This document shows, piece by piece, positions 10,110 to 18,900 of a stretch of 64,000 nt of DNA; the stretch's first letter is position 1, and each line of letters begins with the position of its first letter. The notes under the pieces were generated by a model that saw only the letters and a program-made list of their open reading frames with translations, was not told where the DNA came from and did no database searches. The position numbers and the translations under genes were made by a program. The stretch is from Patescibacteria group bacterium (GTDB lineage Bacteria; Patescibacteriota; Microgenomatia; UBA8517). The stretch is taken from the NCBI GenBank assembly GCA_041742135.1, contig JBGSJG010000005.1:5878-69877 (forward strand), given 5' to 3'.

Positions 10110-11295
10110 CCTTTTTCTAAGAACTTATAAGCTTTCTGAAAATTTACACTTTACAGGCGATGAAGGCCGCGACGCCTTGATTGCTTTAGATATCGCTAAC
10201 GGCAACAATTTGCCGATATTGGGACCTTCTATGAGTGTGGGGAGCTTGAGCCTTGGGCCACTTTATTATTATTTGATAGCTCCTTTTGCGCTCATTGATG
10301 CAAATAATCCAGTTTTTTTGGCGGTGCCTGTGATATTTTTCTCCGTTGCGACCAGTGCACTGCTATATTTTGTAACTCAAGCCTTAACAAAAAGTAGGAC
10401 GGCTGGTCTGATCGCTGCCTTGTTTTATGCAATTGCCCCTTGGAGCGTGGTTTATGGAAGGTTTTCTTGGAATCCAAACATTATGCCCTTTTTTAGTCTC
10501 TTGTATTTTTACTCACTGTGGAAAGCACTCTTTCAAAAGCGCAGTAAATGGTTTTTGTTGGCTGCTTTAAGTTTTGGAGTTATGGTGCAATCGCATTACG
10601 CGAGCCTTTTGGTGGTACCCTTAACACTTATTATTTTTTGGAGAAAACGCGTCTTTGTGGTTTCTAATATTAAGTATGTATTTATTGGATTATTAGTACT
10701 TGCCGCAATGCTCTCTCCTTTGATTTATTACGATCTCTCTCGCAATTTTAGGAACCTAAAAGGATTGATTGGTATTTTTTCAGGCACCTCGGGAGCTGGT
10801 TTCGAAGCTCATTACTTTGAGATGTTTTGGCCATTTATATTTATTCTTTTTGGCTATTTCGTTTCGATAATTGTGAAGGCCAAACGGAGTGTTGGACTTT
10901 TCTTAACTTTATTTCTCGCATTTTTTGCCCTTTACTCTACGACACTTGCTATAACTGGCAAACAAGAACCCAGTGTTTCTGGGATAAATCAAGTTATTGA
11001 CCTTGTGGAAGAGGAGTCGCAGGGGAAACGGTTTAACTTTGCTGTGCTTTCAGATGTTAATCGCGAGGATTCCTATAAATATTTTTTCAGGGAAAAGGGC
11101 TTGCCTGTATATTTTAGTACTGCAACTGAGCAGCTTTTTGTGGTTTGCGAAGGGGATATTAACTGCTCCGTGCATGGCCACCCCAAATATGAAATCGCAA
11201 TTTTTGATGTTTTGTACAACGGTCAAGTGGAAATCGCAGACGAGTGGAGAATTGAGAATTTCTACAAAGTTATGAAATTAGTTCCCAAAAAGTGA
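10057..11295 (+). CDS. GT-C (ArnT/PMT, GT39/83-like) membrane glycosyltransferase
   Basis: LFLRTY, GDEGRD, LGPLYYY, RFSWNPN and QSHY motifs; multi-TM. Confidence 0.85.
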   Translation: MKLKKFTPFLLGAILLLSLFLRTYKLSENLHFTGDEGRDALIALDIANGNNLPILGPSMSVGSLSLGPLYYYLIAPFALIDANNPVFLAVPVIFFSVATSALLYFVTQALTKSRTAGLIAALFYAIAPWSVVYGRFSWNPNIMPFFSLLYFYSLWKALFQKRSKWFLLAALSFGVMVQSHYASLLVVPLTLIIFWRKRVFVVSNIKYVFIGLLVLAAMLSPLIYYDLSRNFRNLKGLIGIFSGTSGAGFEAHYFEMFWPFIFILFGYFVSIIVKAKRSVGLFLTLFLAFFALYSTTLAITGKQEPSVSGINQVIDLVEEESQGKRFNFAVLSDVNREDSYKYFFREKGLPVYFSTATEQLFVVCEGDINCSVHGHPKYEIAIFDVLYNGQVEIADEWRIENFYKVMKLVPKK

Positions 11296-11646
11296 TTTGA
11301 CACTTGAGAGAATTTTTTTGGCATCGTCTTCTAAAGCCTTTCCAAAAGCTAGGCCAAGTGCTATGCCAATCGCAAAAGTCATTCCTTGAGTCAAAGCTGC
11401 GATTACCGTTTTGCCAATTCCCAGGTAATCTAAAATAACCAAGACAAGAACCACACGCCCGGCAACATCCACTAGCCCCGCGGCAATTGCTGTTGACTCC
11501 TTCTTTTTGATTAAAGAAAGTGCCAAGTCCAGCAGATACTTTCCGATATACCAAATGGCCAGCGCAATAATGAGCTTGGGAAGCAGCTCTGTGAGCCGAA
11601 CTATCACGCTCTCAAGAGCGATAATTACTACTTCTAGTCTTTCCAT
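11278..11646 (-). CDS. Small MscS-like TM-helix protein
   Basis: LPKLIIAL...G and IALGLAFG resemble MscS TM helices; no cytoplasmic cage. Confidence 0.65.
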   Translation of the reverse strand: MERLEVVIIALESVIVRLTELLPKLIIALAIWYIGKYLLDLALSLIKKKESTAIAAGLVDVAGRVVLVLVILDYLGIGKTVIAALTQGMTFAIGIALGLAFGKALEDDAKKILSSVKSLFGN

Positions 11647-11663
11647 ATATAATTCACTATATC

Positions 11664-12317
11664 ATGAAAGAATTGCTTCTCGTGAATAAGCCAAAAGGGA
11701 TGAGCTCTCACGATGTTGTCGCATATGCCCGCAGAGTAACTGGTATTAAAAAAATTGGGCACGGTGGCACACTTGATCCGAATGCTACGGGATTATTGAT
11801 TCTAGGAATTGGCCGCGAAGGCACGAAACAATTGGGAACAATATCTAAGGGCCTCGACAAAACTTACGAAGCCGAGATTGTTTTAGGTTTTACTTCAACC
11901 ACAGATGACCCTGAAGGTGAGCTTACACATATTAGCGACGAAAGACCGTCTATCACGCAAATTGAGTTAGTTTTGGGCAAATTTACAGGAGAACTCACTC
12001 AGACCCCGCCGATATATTCTGCCATCAAAGTTGATGGTAAAAAGGCTTATAATGAGGCCAGAAAAGGTAGGAGTATTATTTTGCCCGCTAGATCAGTAAC
12101 AATTCACGAGCTAAAACTGGTAAAATATGATTACCCCGATCTTAATATTATTTGTAAAGTCTCAAGCGGTACTTACATCCGGGCTTTGGCGCGAGACATT
12201 GGCGAGGCGCTTGGAGTGGGCGGCTACCTCGCGAATCTTAGAAGAACAAGAATCGGGGATTATAATCTTGACGATGCGATTGAATTAGCAGAAATTGAGA
12301 AATTATGGAAATTGTAA
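11664..12317 (+). CDS. truB: tRNA pseudouridine(55) synthase
   Basis: NKPKGMSSHDVV, GHGGTLDP, PPIYSAIK and SGTYIRALARD. Confidence 0.97.
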   Translation: MKELLLVNKPKGMSSHDVVAYARRVTGIKKIGHGGTLDPNATGLLILGIGREGTKQLGTISKGLDKTYEAEIVLGFTSTTDDPEGELTHISDERPSITQIELVLGKFTGELTQTPPIYSAIKVDGKKAYNEARKGRSIILPARSVTIHELKLVKYDYPDLNIICKVSSGTYIRALARDIGEALGVGGYLANLRRTRIGDYNLDDAIELAEIEKLWKL

Positions 12318-13042
12318 ATGCAATAATACTAGGAGTTGTTCAAGGGCTTACAGAGTTTTTGCCAATAAGTTCCTCCGGACATTTGGTGTTAGCCACGAAA
12401 TTCTTAAATTTTGAGCAACCCGGAGTGCTTTTCGAATCAATTCTTCACATAGGTACGACATTGGCTGTGGTTTGGTATTTGCGAAGGCGAATCTTAAATA
12501 TAAAATTTGACGAGTTAAAACTAATCGTAGTTGCAACCATACCAGCGGCTTTAGCTGGAATTTTGTTCCGTGAGCAGTTTGAGTCAATGTTTTCTTTGTC
12601 CAAGCTTTTAGGTGTGACATTTTTGATTTCAGCTTGGATGAACTTTCGTACAGACAAATATCATGGCAAGCGTGAGAATCTGGATTTTTTTGATGCACTT
12701 GTTATTGGCCTGTTTCAGGCATTTGCAATTATTCCCGCCATATCGCGTTCTGGCGCGACAATTTTTGCTGGCAGTAAGCTAAATATCGACAAGAAAAAAG
12801 CAGCAGAGTTTTCCTTTTTAATTTCTGTTCCGGCAATTGTGGGTGCCAACATTGTCGAATTTGTAAGCCACAGCGCTCGTCTGGACTTTTCTTTCGCGCT
12901 TGCCTTCGCAGGAGTTGTTTCAGCCTTTGTTTCAGGTATTATCGCAATACATTTTTTGCTTAAACTTTTAACTGAAAATAAATTCCGAATATTCGGTTTT
13001 TATCTACTAGCGCTCGGAGCAATTACGCTAATATTTCTATAA
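12305..13042 (+). CDS. uppP: Undecaprenyl-diphosphate phosphatase (BacA)
   Basis: QGLTEFLPISSSGH, ATIPA, PAISRSGAT and AAEFSFL. Confidence 0.96.
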   Translation: MEIVNAIILGVVQGLTEFLPISSSGHLVLATKFLNFEQPGVLFESILHIGTTLAVVWYLRRRILNIKFDELKLIVVATIPAALAGILFREQFESMFSLSKLLGVTFLISAWMNFRTDKYHGKRENLDFFDALVIGLFQAFAIIPAISRSGATIFAGSKLNIDKKKAAEFSFLISVPAIVGANIVEFVSHSARLDFSFALAFAGVVSAFVSGIIAIHFLLKLLTENKFRIFGFYLLALGAITLIFL

Positions 13043-13391
13043 TCTTTGGTACAAAAAGAAGCGTGCCTACAATTATTGACAAAACGGCGGCGCACAAAAC
13101 TGCCGCAGCCGATACATCCTTTGCAACTTTAGCTTTGGCTTGGATATTTGGGCTCACCATGTCTACAAGGTTTTCAAGCCCTGTGTTAAATAGCTCCAAA
13201 ATAATGACAAAGAAAATTACAAAAAACAGCAAAGTCCACTCAGAAAGATTCAAGCCAAGTACGGCTCCACTTAAAAGCGCCAAGATTCCCATAAAAAAAT
13301 GAGTCTGCATATTGGGCTCATTTTTTAAAGCCGTTTTCAAGCCTTCGATTGCATAGCCGAAACTTTTCTTGGTTGAGTGGAACCTGCTCAT
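13023..13391 (-). CDS. dgkA: DgkA-family diacylglycerol/undecaprenol kinase
   Basis: SFGYAIEG, EPN, ELFNTGLENLVD and AKDVSAAAV. Confidence 0.92.
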   Translation of the reverse strand: MSRFHSTKKSFGYAIEGLKTALKNEPNMQTHFFMGILALLSGAVLGLNLSEWTLLFFVIFFVIILELFNTGLENLVDMVSPNIQAKAKVAKDVSAAAVLCAAVLSIIVGTLLFVPKIIEILA

Positions 13392-13443
13392 TGCCTAAGT
13401 ATAACAAATGACAAGGGGCGTAAGTTTTGGTAATATGTTTGTA

Positions 13444-14124
13444 ATGGGCGGCACAAAGCTTAAAGTTTTTTTGTTGTCTATTCCACTTTTGGTTCTCTTT
13501 AGTGCTGGTGTGCTTTTTAGAAGTACCGATCGTGCAACAGCTCCGAAAGTGAATGGTTGCTATAGTGATAATCTTTCAGGGATCTTTACTTCTGATTTAG
13601 CCGCAGTTTATGAGGGCAACTCGGTTGCAGTCCCCTCGGAAGCACTAGCTTACACAGGAAACAGCCAAGTATTGGGCGAAGCAAGCCCATCAGACCGCTG
13701 GATAGAGGTCGATTTGTCAGAGCAAACTCTTCGCGCTTGGGACGGAAGCCAGCTCTTTTTGGAAACCAAGATTTCTTCTGGTCTTCCGGGAACACCAACC
13801 CCAAAAGGCGATTTTCGTGTTTGGGTGAAGCTTCGTGCAACCAAAATGGAAGGTGGGCAAGGAAGGTATTATTACTATTTGCCCAACGTCCCATACGTTA
13901 TGTATTTTGAAAACGAAAGCGTTCCTGGCTGGCGTGGTTACGGCATTCATGGAACGTATTGGCATAATGATTTTGGCACTCCTCATAGTCATGGTTGTGT
14001 AAATGTTCCTACTTCAGTAGCTGAACAGCTTTATTATTGGGCAACCCCATCACTTCCCAGTGGCAAGACATCTGTTTTTGCTGGGCCAGATAACCCTGGA
14101 ATTAAAGTGACCATACATGATTGA
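13444..14124 (+). CDS. L,D-transpeptidase (YkuD family)
   Basis: IEVDLSEQ, ISSG..TPTPKG, GIHGTYWH...SHGCVN. Start placed at ATG 13444 behind ATGACA-N17-TAATAT. Confidence 0.93.
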   Translation: MGGTKLKVFLLSIPLLVLFSAGVLFRSTDRATAPKVNGCYSDNLSGIFTSDLAAVYEGNSVAVPSEALAYTGNSQVLGEASPSDRWIEVDLSEQTLRAWDGSQLFLETKISSGLPGTPTPKGDFRVWVKLRATKMEGGQGRYYYYLPNVPYVMYFENESVPGWRGYGIHGTYWHNDFGTPHSHGCVNVPTSVAEQLYYWATPSLPSGKTSVFAGPDNPGIKVTIHD

Positions 14125-14584
14125 CACCCCTTTTTTGGTATTTCTCAACACTCACGGAGTTTTACTTTTGGTAGTCTTCATTTTTATATACGAGTTTTTT
14201 CTTATTAAGAAGAAGGAAGTTGCGCTACACATGCTCGTGTCTGTGTTTTTTGCTTTTCTTTTTTCGTTGGTCCTCAAAGAGTTGTTTTTAATTCCGCGCC
14301 CATATTTGGCAACGGGCGAAGCCGCACTTGCCGGTTTAACTTACTATTCTAGCCTCCCATCAATTCATGCCGCCATATCTTTCGCACTTGCCACTACAGT
14401 AACGCTTCATCAGCGCCTTTTGGGAGTTATGCTTTTTACTGTGGCTGCCCTAATTAGCTTGGGTCGTGTGATGGCCAATGTTCATTATCCTGCTGACATC
14501 GCCATTGGCATGCTAATTGGGGTTTTAACAGGTGTTATTTTTAACCAAATCCACGTAAAATTAGCGAAGAAAGCGAAGGGTTGA
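14117..14584 (+). CDS. PAP2-family phosphatase
   Basis: K.....RP, SLPSIH and GRVMANVHYPAD motifs. Confidence 0.9.
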   Translation: MIDTPFLVFLNTHGVLLLVVFIFIYEFFLIKKKEVALHMLVSVFFAFLFSLVLKELFLIPRPYLATGEAALAGLTYYSSLPSIHAAISFALATTVTLHQRLLGVMLFTVAALISLGRVMANVHYPADIAIGMLIGVLTGVIFNQIHVKLAKKAKG

Positions 14585-14609
14585 CATCTAGCACTCTGGA
14601 TGATACTCT
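14581..14609 (+). promoter_or_regulatory. Sigma70-type promoter of lon
   Basis: TTGACA(14581-86)-N17-TACTCT(14604-09) with a TG extension; the track's TTG start is the -35 box. Confidence 0.6.
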
Positions 14610-14625
14610 GCTAGGACGATATAAA

Positions 14626-17049
14626 ATGGACGAGGCAAAACTAACCAGAACAGTACCAATTGTTGCCATTCGCGGCTCGGTAATTTTTCCCCACACAGAC
14701 TCTATTCTTTCCTTTGGAAGGCCTAAGTCCGTGGCGTCTGTTAATGCTGCATACCAAGGCGACCGGGTTGTTGCTGTTTTTGCCCAAACCAGCGATAAAA
14801 TTGCAGATCCGGGAGCAGATGAACTTGTAAAAGTTGGGACGATTGCCACAATCACCCAAATGATGACTACTGAGGGTGAAATTCATGCCATGGTCAGAGG
14901 GCAGAGCCGAGTGCGTCTCGAAGAAATTATTTCTGAGGAGCCATATTTAGTTGGGAAAGTTACAGAAATTGAAGAAGAAGATTTTGAAGGTGAAGAAGTC
15001 AAAGCTTTGTCTTCTAAGCTATCCGAGCTTTTCAAAAAAGCCATAAATTTGGGCAAAGGTGTTGAAATAACCACCATCATGAGGGTTATGTCTCAGCAGA
15101 CTGACCCCATCGAGCTTGTCGATTCCGCGGCTTCACTTCTGGATCTAAAGACCAAAGAAAAACAAAAGATTTTGGAAATTTTATCTGTTCGAGACCGGCT
15201 CGTTAAAGTCATTGATTACCTCTCGCAGGAAATAAATGTTTTGGACTTGGAGCGCACGATTTCAGTTAAAACACAAAGGCGTTTTGAGGATCAGATGCGG
15301 CGCGCAATGCTTCGCGAGAAAAAGCGAACTATTGAGGAGGAGCTGGGAGAAGAAGGGCCAGAGGAGCCAGATGATGACTTGGGAGAGCTAAAAGAAAAGA
15401 TCTTAAAAGCTGGTATGCCCAAAACGGTTTTGCAAAAAGCTAAAAAAGAGCTTAAGAGATTGAAAGGCATGTCGCCTCATAACCCTGAAGGCGGATATAT
15501 TCGAAATTATCTAGAATGGCTTTCTGAAATGCCGTGGTCCAAAACTTCAGATTCTAAAGTTTCAGTTAAAAACGCCGAGAAAGTTTTAGATCAAGATCAT
15601 TATGGACTTGGAAAGGCAAAAGAGAGAATTTTGGAATATTTATCGGTTTTGACTTTAAAAGAAAAAGAACAATTACGCACCAAAAAAGTTAAAGATAATC
15701 AATCGCACCCAACAATTTTGTGTTTCGTAGGGCCTCCCGGTGTGGGTAAAACTTCCATAGGCAGATCCATCGCTAAATCAATGGGGCGGAAGTTCGCGAG
15801 AGTCTCTTTGGGAGGCATCCGAGACGAAGCAGAGCTTCGAGGCCACAGGCGTACTTATGTCGGCGCTCTTCCCGGCCGCATCATTCAAGGAATTCATGAT
15901 GCAGGAACTAGAAATCCAGTATTCATGCTAGATGAAGTAGATAAGCTTGGGGCTGATTATCGAGGAGACCCAGCCTCGGCTTTGCTTGAAATACTCGATC
16001 CAGAGCAAAACAAAGAATTCTCAGATCATTACCTCGAGGTTCCGTTCGATCTTTCTGAGGTCATGTTTATTTGTACCGCTAACGTTTTGGATTCCATTCC
16101 ACTTCCGCTTCGCGATCGTATGGAAATTATCCGATTTGCGGGCTACATTGATGATGAAAAGTTTAATATTGCTAAAAAATATCTATGGCCCAAGCAGGTT
16201 AAGGTCAACGGTCTTGAGGAAAAAGGAGTTTCTATTAGCGACGGGGGAATCCGCGAAGTTGTTAAGCACTATACCCGTGAAGCTGGGGTTCGTGAACTCG
16301 AGCGCACCCTTGCAACCATAAATCGAAAAGTAGCGCGTATGGTTGCTGAGGGCAAGAAATACCCGAAATCGGTAGGCATTTCTGATGTCCATAAGCTTTT
16401 GGGGCCCGAAAGATTCCGCTCGCAAATAGCCGAAAAGAAAGATGAGGTTGGCATGTCTACAGGGCTTGCTGTCACCTCCGCTGGTGGAGAGATTTTGTTT
16501 ATTGAAGTTGCACTAATGCCGGGGCAGGGAAAACTCATGCTTACGGGGCAGCTGGGGAGTGTTATGAAGGAATCTGCTAAAGCTGCATTCACTTGGACTA
16601 AGGCGCATTGGATGAATTTAGGGCTTCGAGAAAATTTTGGCAGTAAAATTGATGTGCATATTCATGTTCCGGAAGGCGCGACCCCGAAAGACGGTCCCTC
16701 GGCTGGTGTGGCGATTTCTACAGCACTTGTATCAGCTTTGTCAGGAGTTGCAACAAAACGCGATGTTGGTATGACTGGGGAGGTTACACTGCGCGGAAGA
16801 GTGCTCGAAATCGGAGGAGTGAAAGAAAAAGTTGTTGCGGGACATCGGGCGGGGCTTAAAACAATAATCTTGCCACGAGACAATAAAAAAGACATGGAAG
16901 ACATCCCAGCAAATGTGAAGCGAGATATCAAATTTGTCTTTGCAGACAGGCTCGACGAAGTGTTGTCTGTGGCCCTTGCCAAGTGGCCAATAGTTGAGAA
17001 ATCGCAAATCCCTGTCTCTACCCGGCCTTCATACATTGCTGCAGCCTAG
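14626..17049 (+). CDS. lon: ATP-dependent protease La
   Basis: GPPGVGKTS, RGHRRTYVGALPG, LDEVDK, catalytic PKDGPSAG and GGVKEK. Confidence 0.98.
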   Translation: MDEAKLTRTVPIVAIRGSVIFPHTDSILSFGRPKSVASVNAAYQGDRVVAVFAQTSDKIADPGADELVKVGTIATITQMMTTEGEIHAMVRGQSRVRLEEIISEEPYLVGKVTEIEEEDFEGEEVKALSSKLSELFKKAINLGKGVEITTIMRVMSQQTDPIELVDSAASLLDLKTKEKQKILEILSVRDRLVKVIDYLSQEINVLDLERTISVKTQRRFEDQMRRAMLREKKRTIEEELGEEGPEEPDDDLGELKEKILKAGMPKTVLQKAKKELKRLKGMSPHNPEGGYIRNYLEWLSEMPWSKTSDSKVSVKNAEKVLDQDHYGLGKAKERILEYLSVLTLKEKEQLRTKKVKDNQSHPTILCFVGPPGVGKTSIGRSIAKSMGRKFARVSLGGIRDEAELRGHRRTYVGALPGRIIQGIHDAGTRNPVFMLDEVDKLGADYRGDPASALLEILDPEQNKEFSDHYLEVPFDLSEVMFICTANVLDSIPLPLRDRMEIIRFAGYIDDEKFNIAKKYLWPKQVKVNGLEEKGVSISDGGIREVVKHYTREAGVRELERTLATINRKVARMVAEGKKYPKSVGISDVHKLLGPERFRSQIAEKKDEVGMSTGLAVTSAGGEILFIEVALMPGQGKLMLTGQLGSVMKESAKAAFTWTKAHWMNLGLRENFGSKIDVHIHVPEGATPKDGPSAGVAISTALVSALSGVATKRDVGMTGEVTLRGRVLEIGGVKEKVVAGHRAGLKTIILPRDNKKDMEDIPANVKRDIKFVFADRLDEVLSVALAKWPIVEKSQIPVSTRPSYIAAA

Positions 17050-17071
17050 TTTGGTATAATACGCAAGATAC

Positions 17072-17144
17072 GGCCCCATCGTCTAGAGGCCTAGGACGGT
17101 AGGTTCTCATCCTACAAACCTGGATTCGAATTCCAGTGGGGTCA
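17072..17144 (+). tRNA. tRNA-Glu (anticodon CTC), CCA not encoded
   Basis: Acceptor stem GGCCCCA/TGGGGTC, anticodon arm GTAGG-TTCTCAT-CCTAC, T-arm CTGGA-TTCGAAT-TCCAG; TGgTATAAT at 17052-60. Confidence 0.95.
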
Positions 17145-17222
17145 CTCGCTTCGCTCACTTCCCGCACTGTCATCGATAGTGCACGGGATTTAATTTTGCA
17201 CGGCGAATTCCAGTGGGGTCAC
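17127..17222 (+). repeat. 19-bp direct repeat of the tRNA-Glu 3' end flanking a 58-bp hairpin-containing insert
   Basis: CGAATTCCAGTGGGGTCAC at 17127-17145 and again at 17204-17222. Confidence 0.9.
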
Positions 17223-17479
17223 ACTTTTTTTTCTGTAAAAAATTGTTGCAATTCAGGGAATCGCGATATGCAATTTAGGCAAGCTTCGGGAATGGCTGCC
17301 TCACCAGCTACAATGGCTGAAAGCGCAACACAAAAAACTTGATCGTAGCTGCAACCTCCCGAGCATAAAGCTATGTTTCCTTGGAATTCTTCAGAAGGAG
17401 TGTCGTGTTGACGGCCTGAATCCTTAAAGCTATTTAACATAATCTCGAGATAATCGGCAGATCGTTCGATTGCAGCCAT
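17219..17479 (-). CDS. Hypothetical Cys-rich small protein
   Basis: 86-aa ORF with CSGGC...C...CLNC; it fills the gap after the tRNA. Confidence 0.5.
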   Translation of the reverse strand: MAAIERSADYLEIMLNSFKDSGRQHDTPSEEFQGNIALCSGGCSYDQVFCVALSAIVAGEAAIPEACLNCISRFPELQQFFTEKKV

Positions 17480-17572
17480 CTTCTTAACTAACCATTATTT
17501 CAAAAACCTCATCCTATAACAAGAATTGATCTGGCCACGGGAAGTTTGTATAAATAATTTTGTGTCAAATTT

Positions 17573-18202
17573 ATGTCTAGAGTAGACAGAACAGTTGAGC
17601 TTGGGCTTGCAAATGTCCCTTTTGTTGCATTTCCCGAGACTCCACGAACTATTTTGATAGCAAATCATCCGGTTCATGCTTACATCCCGCCTGAAGATAT
17701 GGATAAGTTTCTTATATCCATGTTTGAGTCCACAGTAGTTCCAGACGATGCGCAAATTTTAGTAAACATGAATGGCGGCAGGAATATTTTTGACAGATAT
17801 AGAGATTACCGTCAAAAACGAGGCCGCCCAATTGATCCGAATAATGTTCATAAAATAGAATTTCATCGTGGCCCAGGAAACAGTGTGGTTGTCGTCCGAG
17901 GTGTTCCAGAGTCAATTCAAGGCGGGAATGTTTTGTCTCTAGACGATATAAACGATCGCGGCCAGACTGGGCTCGCGGTTTACAAGGAGTGTGCCAGACG
18001 CGGAGCTTCTGTTCAGACAATGATGGCCATTTACAAAGAGGGTATTGAAGGTAGAGTAAATATCCCAAACGCCAGACATGCTGTGTGTGTAGATAACAGA
18101 TGGCTGGGTGGAACAGGCATGAATTTTGGCACGAAGGATGTGACACCAGAAATAGACGCCCAGATTCGGGATTATGGTGGAGTGGTGGCAAAAATCGACT
18201 AA
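17573..18202 (+). CDS. Divergent type I phosphoribosyltransferase (HPRT-like)
   Basis: PRPP-loop-like VLSLDDINDRGQT; C-terminal WLGGTGMN resembles HPRT FVVGYGLD. Confidence 0.65.
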   Translation: MSRVDRTVELGLANVPFVAFPETPRTILIANHPVHAYIPPEDMDKFLISMFESTVVPDDAQILVNMNGGRNIFDRYRDYRQKRGRPIDPNNVHKIEFHRGPGNSVVVVRGVPESIQGGNVLSLDDINDRGQTGLAVYKECARRGASVQTMMAIYKEGIEGRVNIPNARHAVCVDNRWLGGTGMNFGTKDVTPEIDAQIRDYGGVVAKID

Positions 18203-18208
18203 AAAACA

Positions 18209-18237
18209 TTGACAAAACATCTCATTAAAGGTAGAAT
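18209..18237 (+). promoter_or_regulatory. Sigma70 promoter of greA
   Basis: TTGACA(18209-14)-N17-TAGAAT(18232-37). Confidence 0.85.
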
Positions 18238-18268
18238 ACCTACGTATTAAGTTACTTCGATTACATAA

Positions 18269-18377
18269 ATGAAACAAGTAAACCCCTCATCTATTTTTGC
18301 AAGGATTTGCAAGAAGTTCTAAAAGAGTAGCTAAATACTACTTTTTTGAAATAAATAGACAGAGGGAATTTTTTTTG
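18269..18377 (+). promoter_or_regulatory. Structured greA leader: 17-codon uORF, three-way junction and U-tract (putative attenuator)
   Basis: uORF 18269-18322 MKQVNPSSIFARICKKF; outer stem CCCTC-A-TCTATTT/AAATAGA-CA-GAGGG followed by AA and a T8 run. Confidence 0.6.
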
Positions 18378-18391
18378 AAGTAAAAAATATT

Positions 18392-18877
18392 ATGGATACA
18401 AATAAATCAGTACAAGTTACAGAAAAAGGCCTAGGAGCCTTGAAAATTGAGCTTGACGAACTTTCGACCGTTAAACGGCCGAAACTAGTCGAGAGGCTGG
18501 AGCGTGCTCGCCAGGAAGGTGATTTGAGCGAAAACAGCGATTATATTAATGCACGCGAAGAGCTTGAGTTTTTGGATGGGCGCATTGATGAGCTTAAAAA
18601 TGTAGTTGAAAATGCCGAGGTTGTAGCCAATGGCTCTCAGAGCAACGGCCAGGTTGGCATTGGAACAACTGTGGTCGTGCAAGTTAATGGCGGTAAACAC
18701 GAGTTTAAAATTGTCGGTGAATGGGAAGCAGACCCGGGACAGAAGAAAATTTCTCATGAATCTCCTTTGGGCAAACAATTGGTCGGTAAAAAAGTCGGCG
18801 AGGTGGCCGAAGTGGAAGCACCAGCCGGAAAAATTGTATATAAAATAGTTGAAATTAAGAAGGACAGCTCCGAATAA
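18392..18877 (+). CDS. greA: Transcription elongation factor GreA
   Basis: GDLSENSDY, IVGEWEADP and ISHESPLGK. Confidence 0.97.
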   Translation: MDTNKSVQVTEKGLGALKIELDELSTVKRPKLVERLERARQEGDLSENSDYINAREELEFLDGRIDELKNVVENAEVVANGSQSNGQVGIGTTVVVQVNGGKHEFKIVGEWEADPGQKKISHESPLGKQLVGKKVGEVAEVEAPAGKIVYKIVEIKKDSSE

Positions 18878-18900
18878 GGGGTTGTTTTTCGTGCACGAAT

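Noticed and set aside
17145-18202. Intact prophage or genomic island at tRNA-Glu
   Set aside because: The repeat closes after only 77 bp, and I saw no integrase or further att copy.
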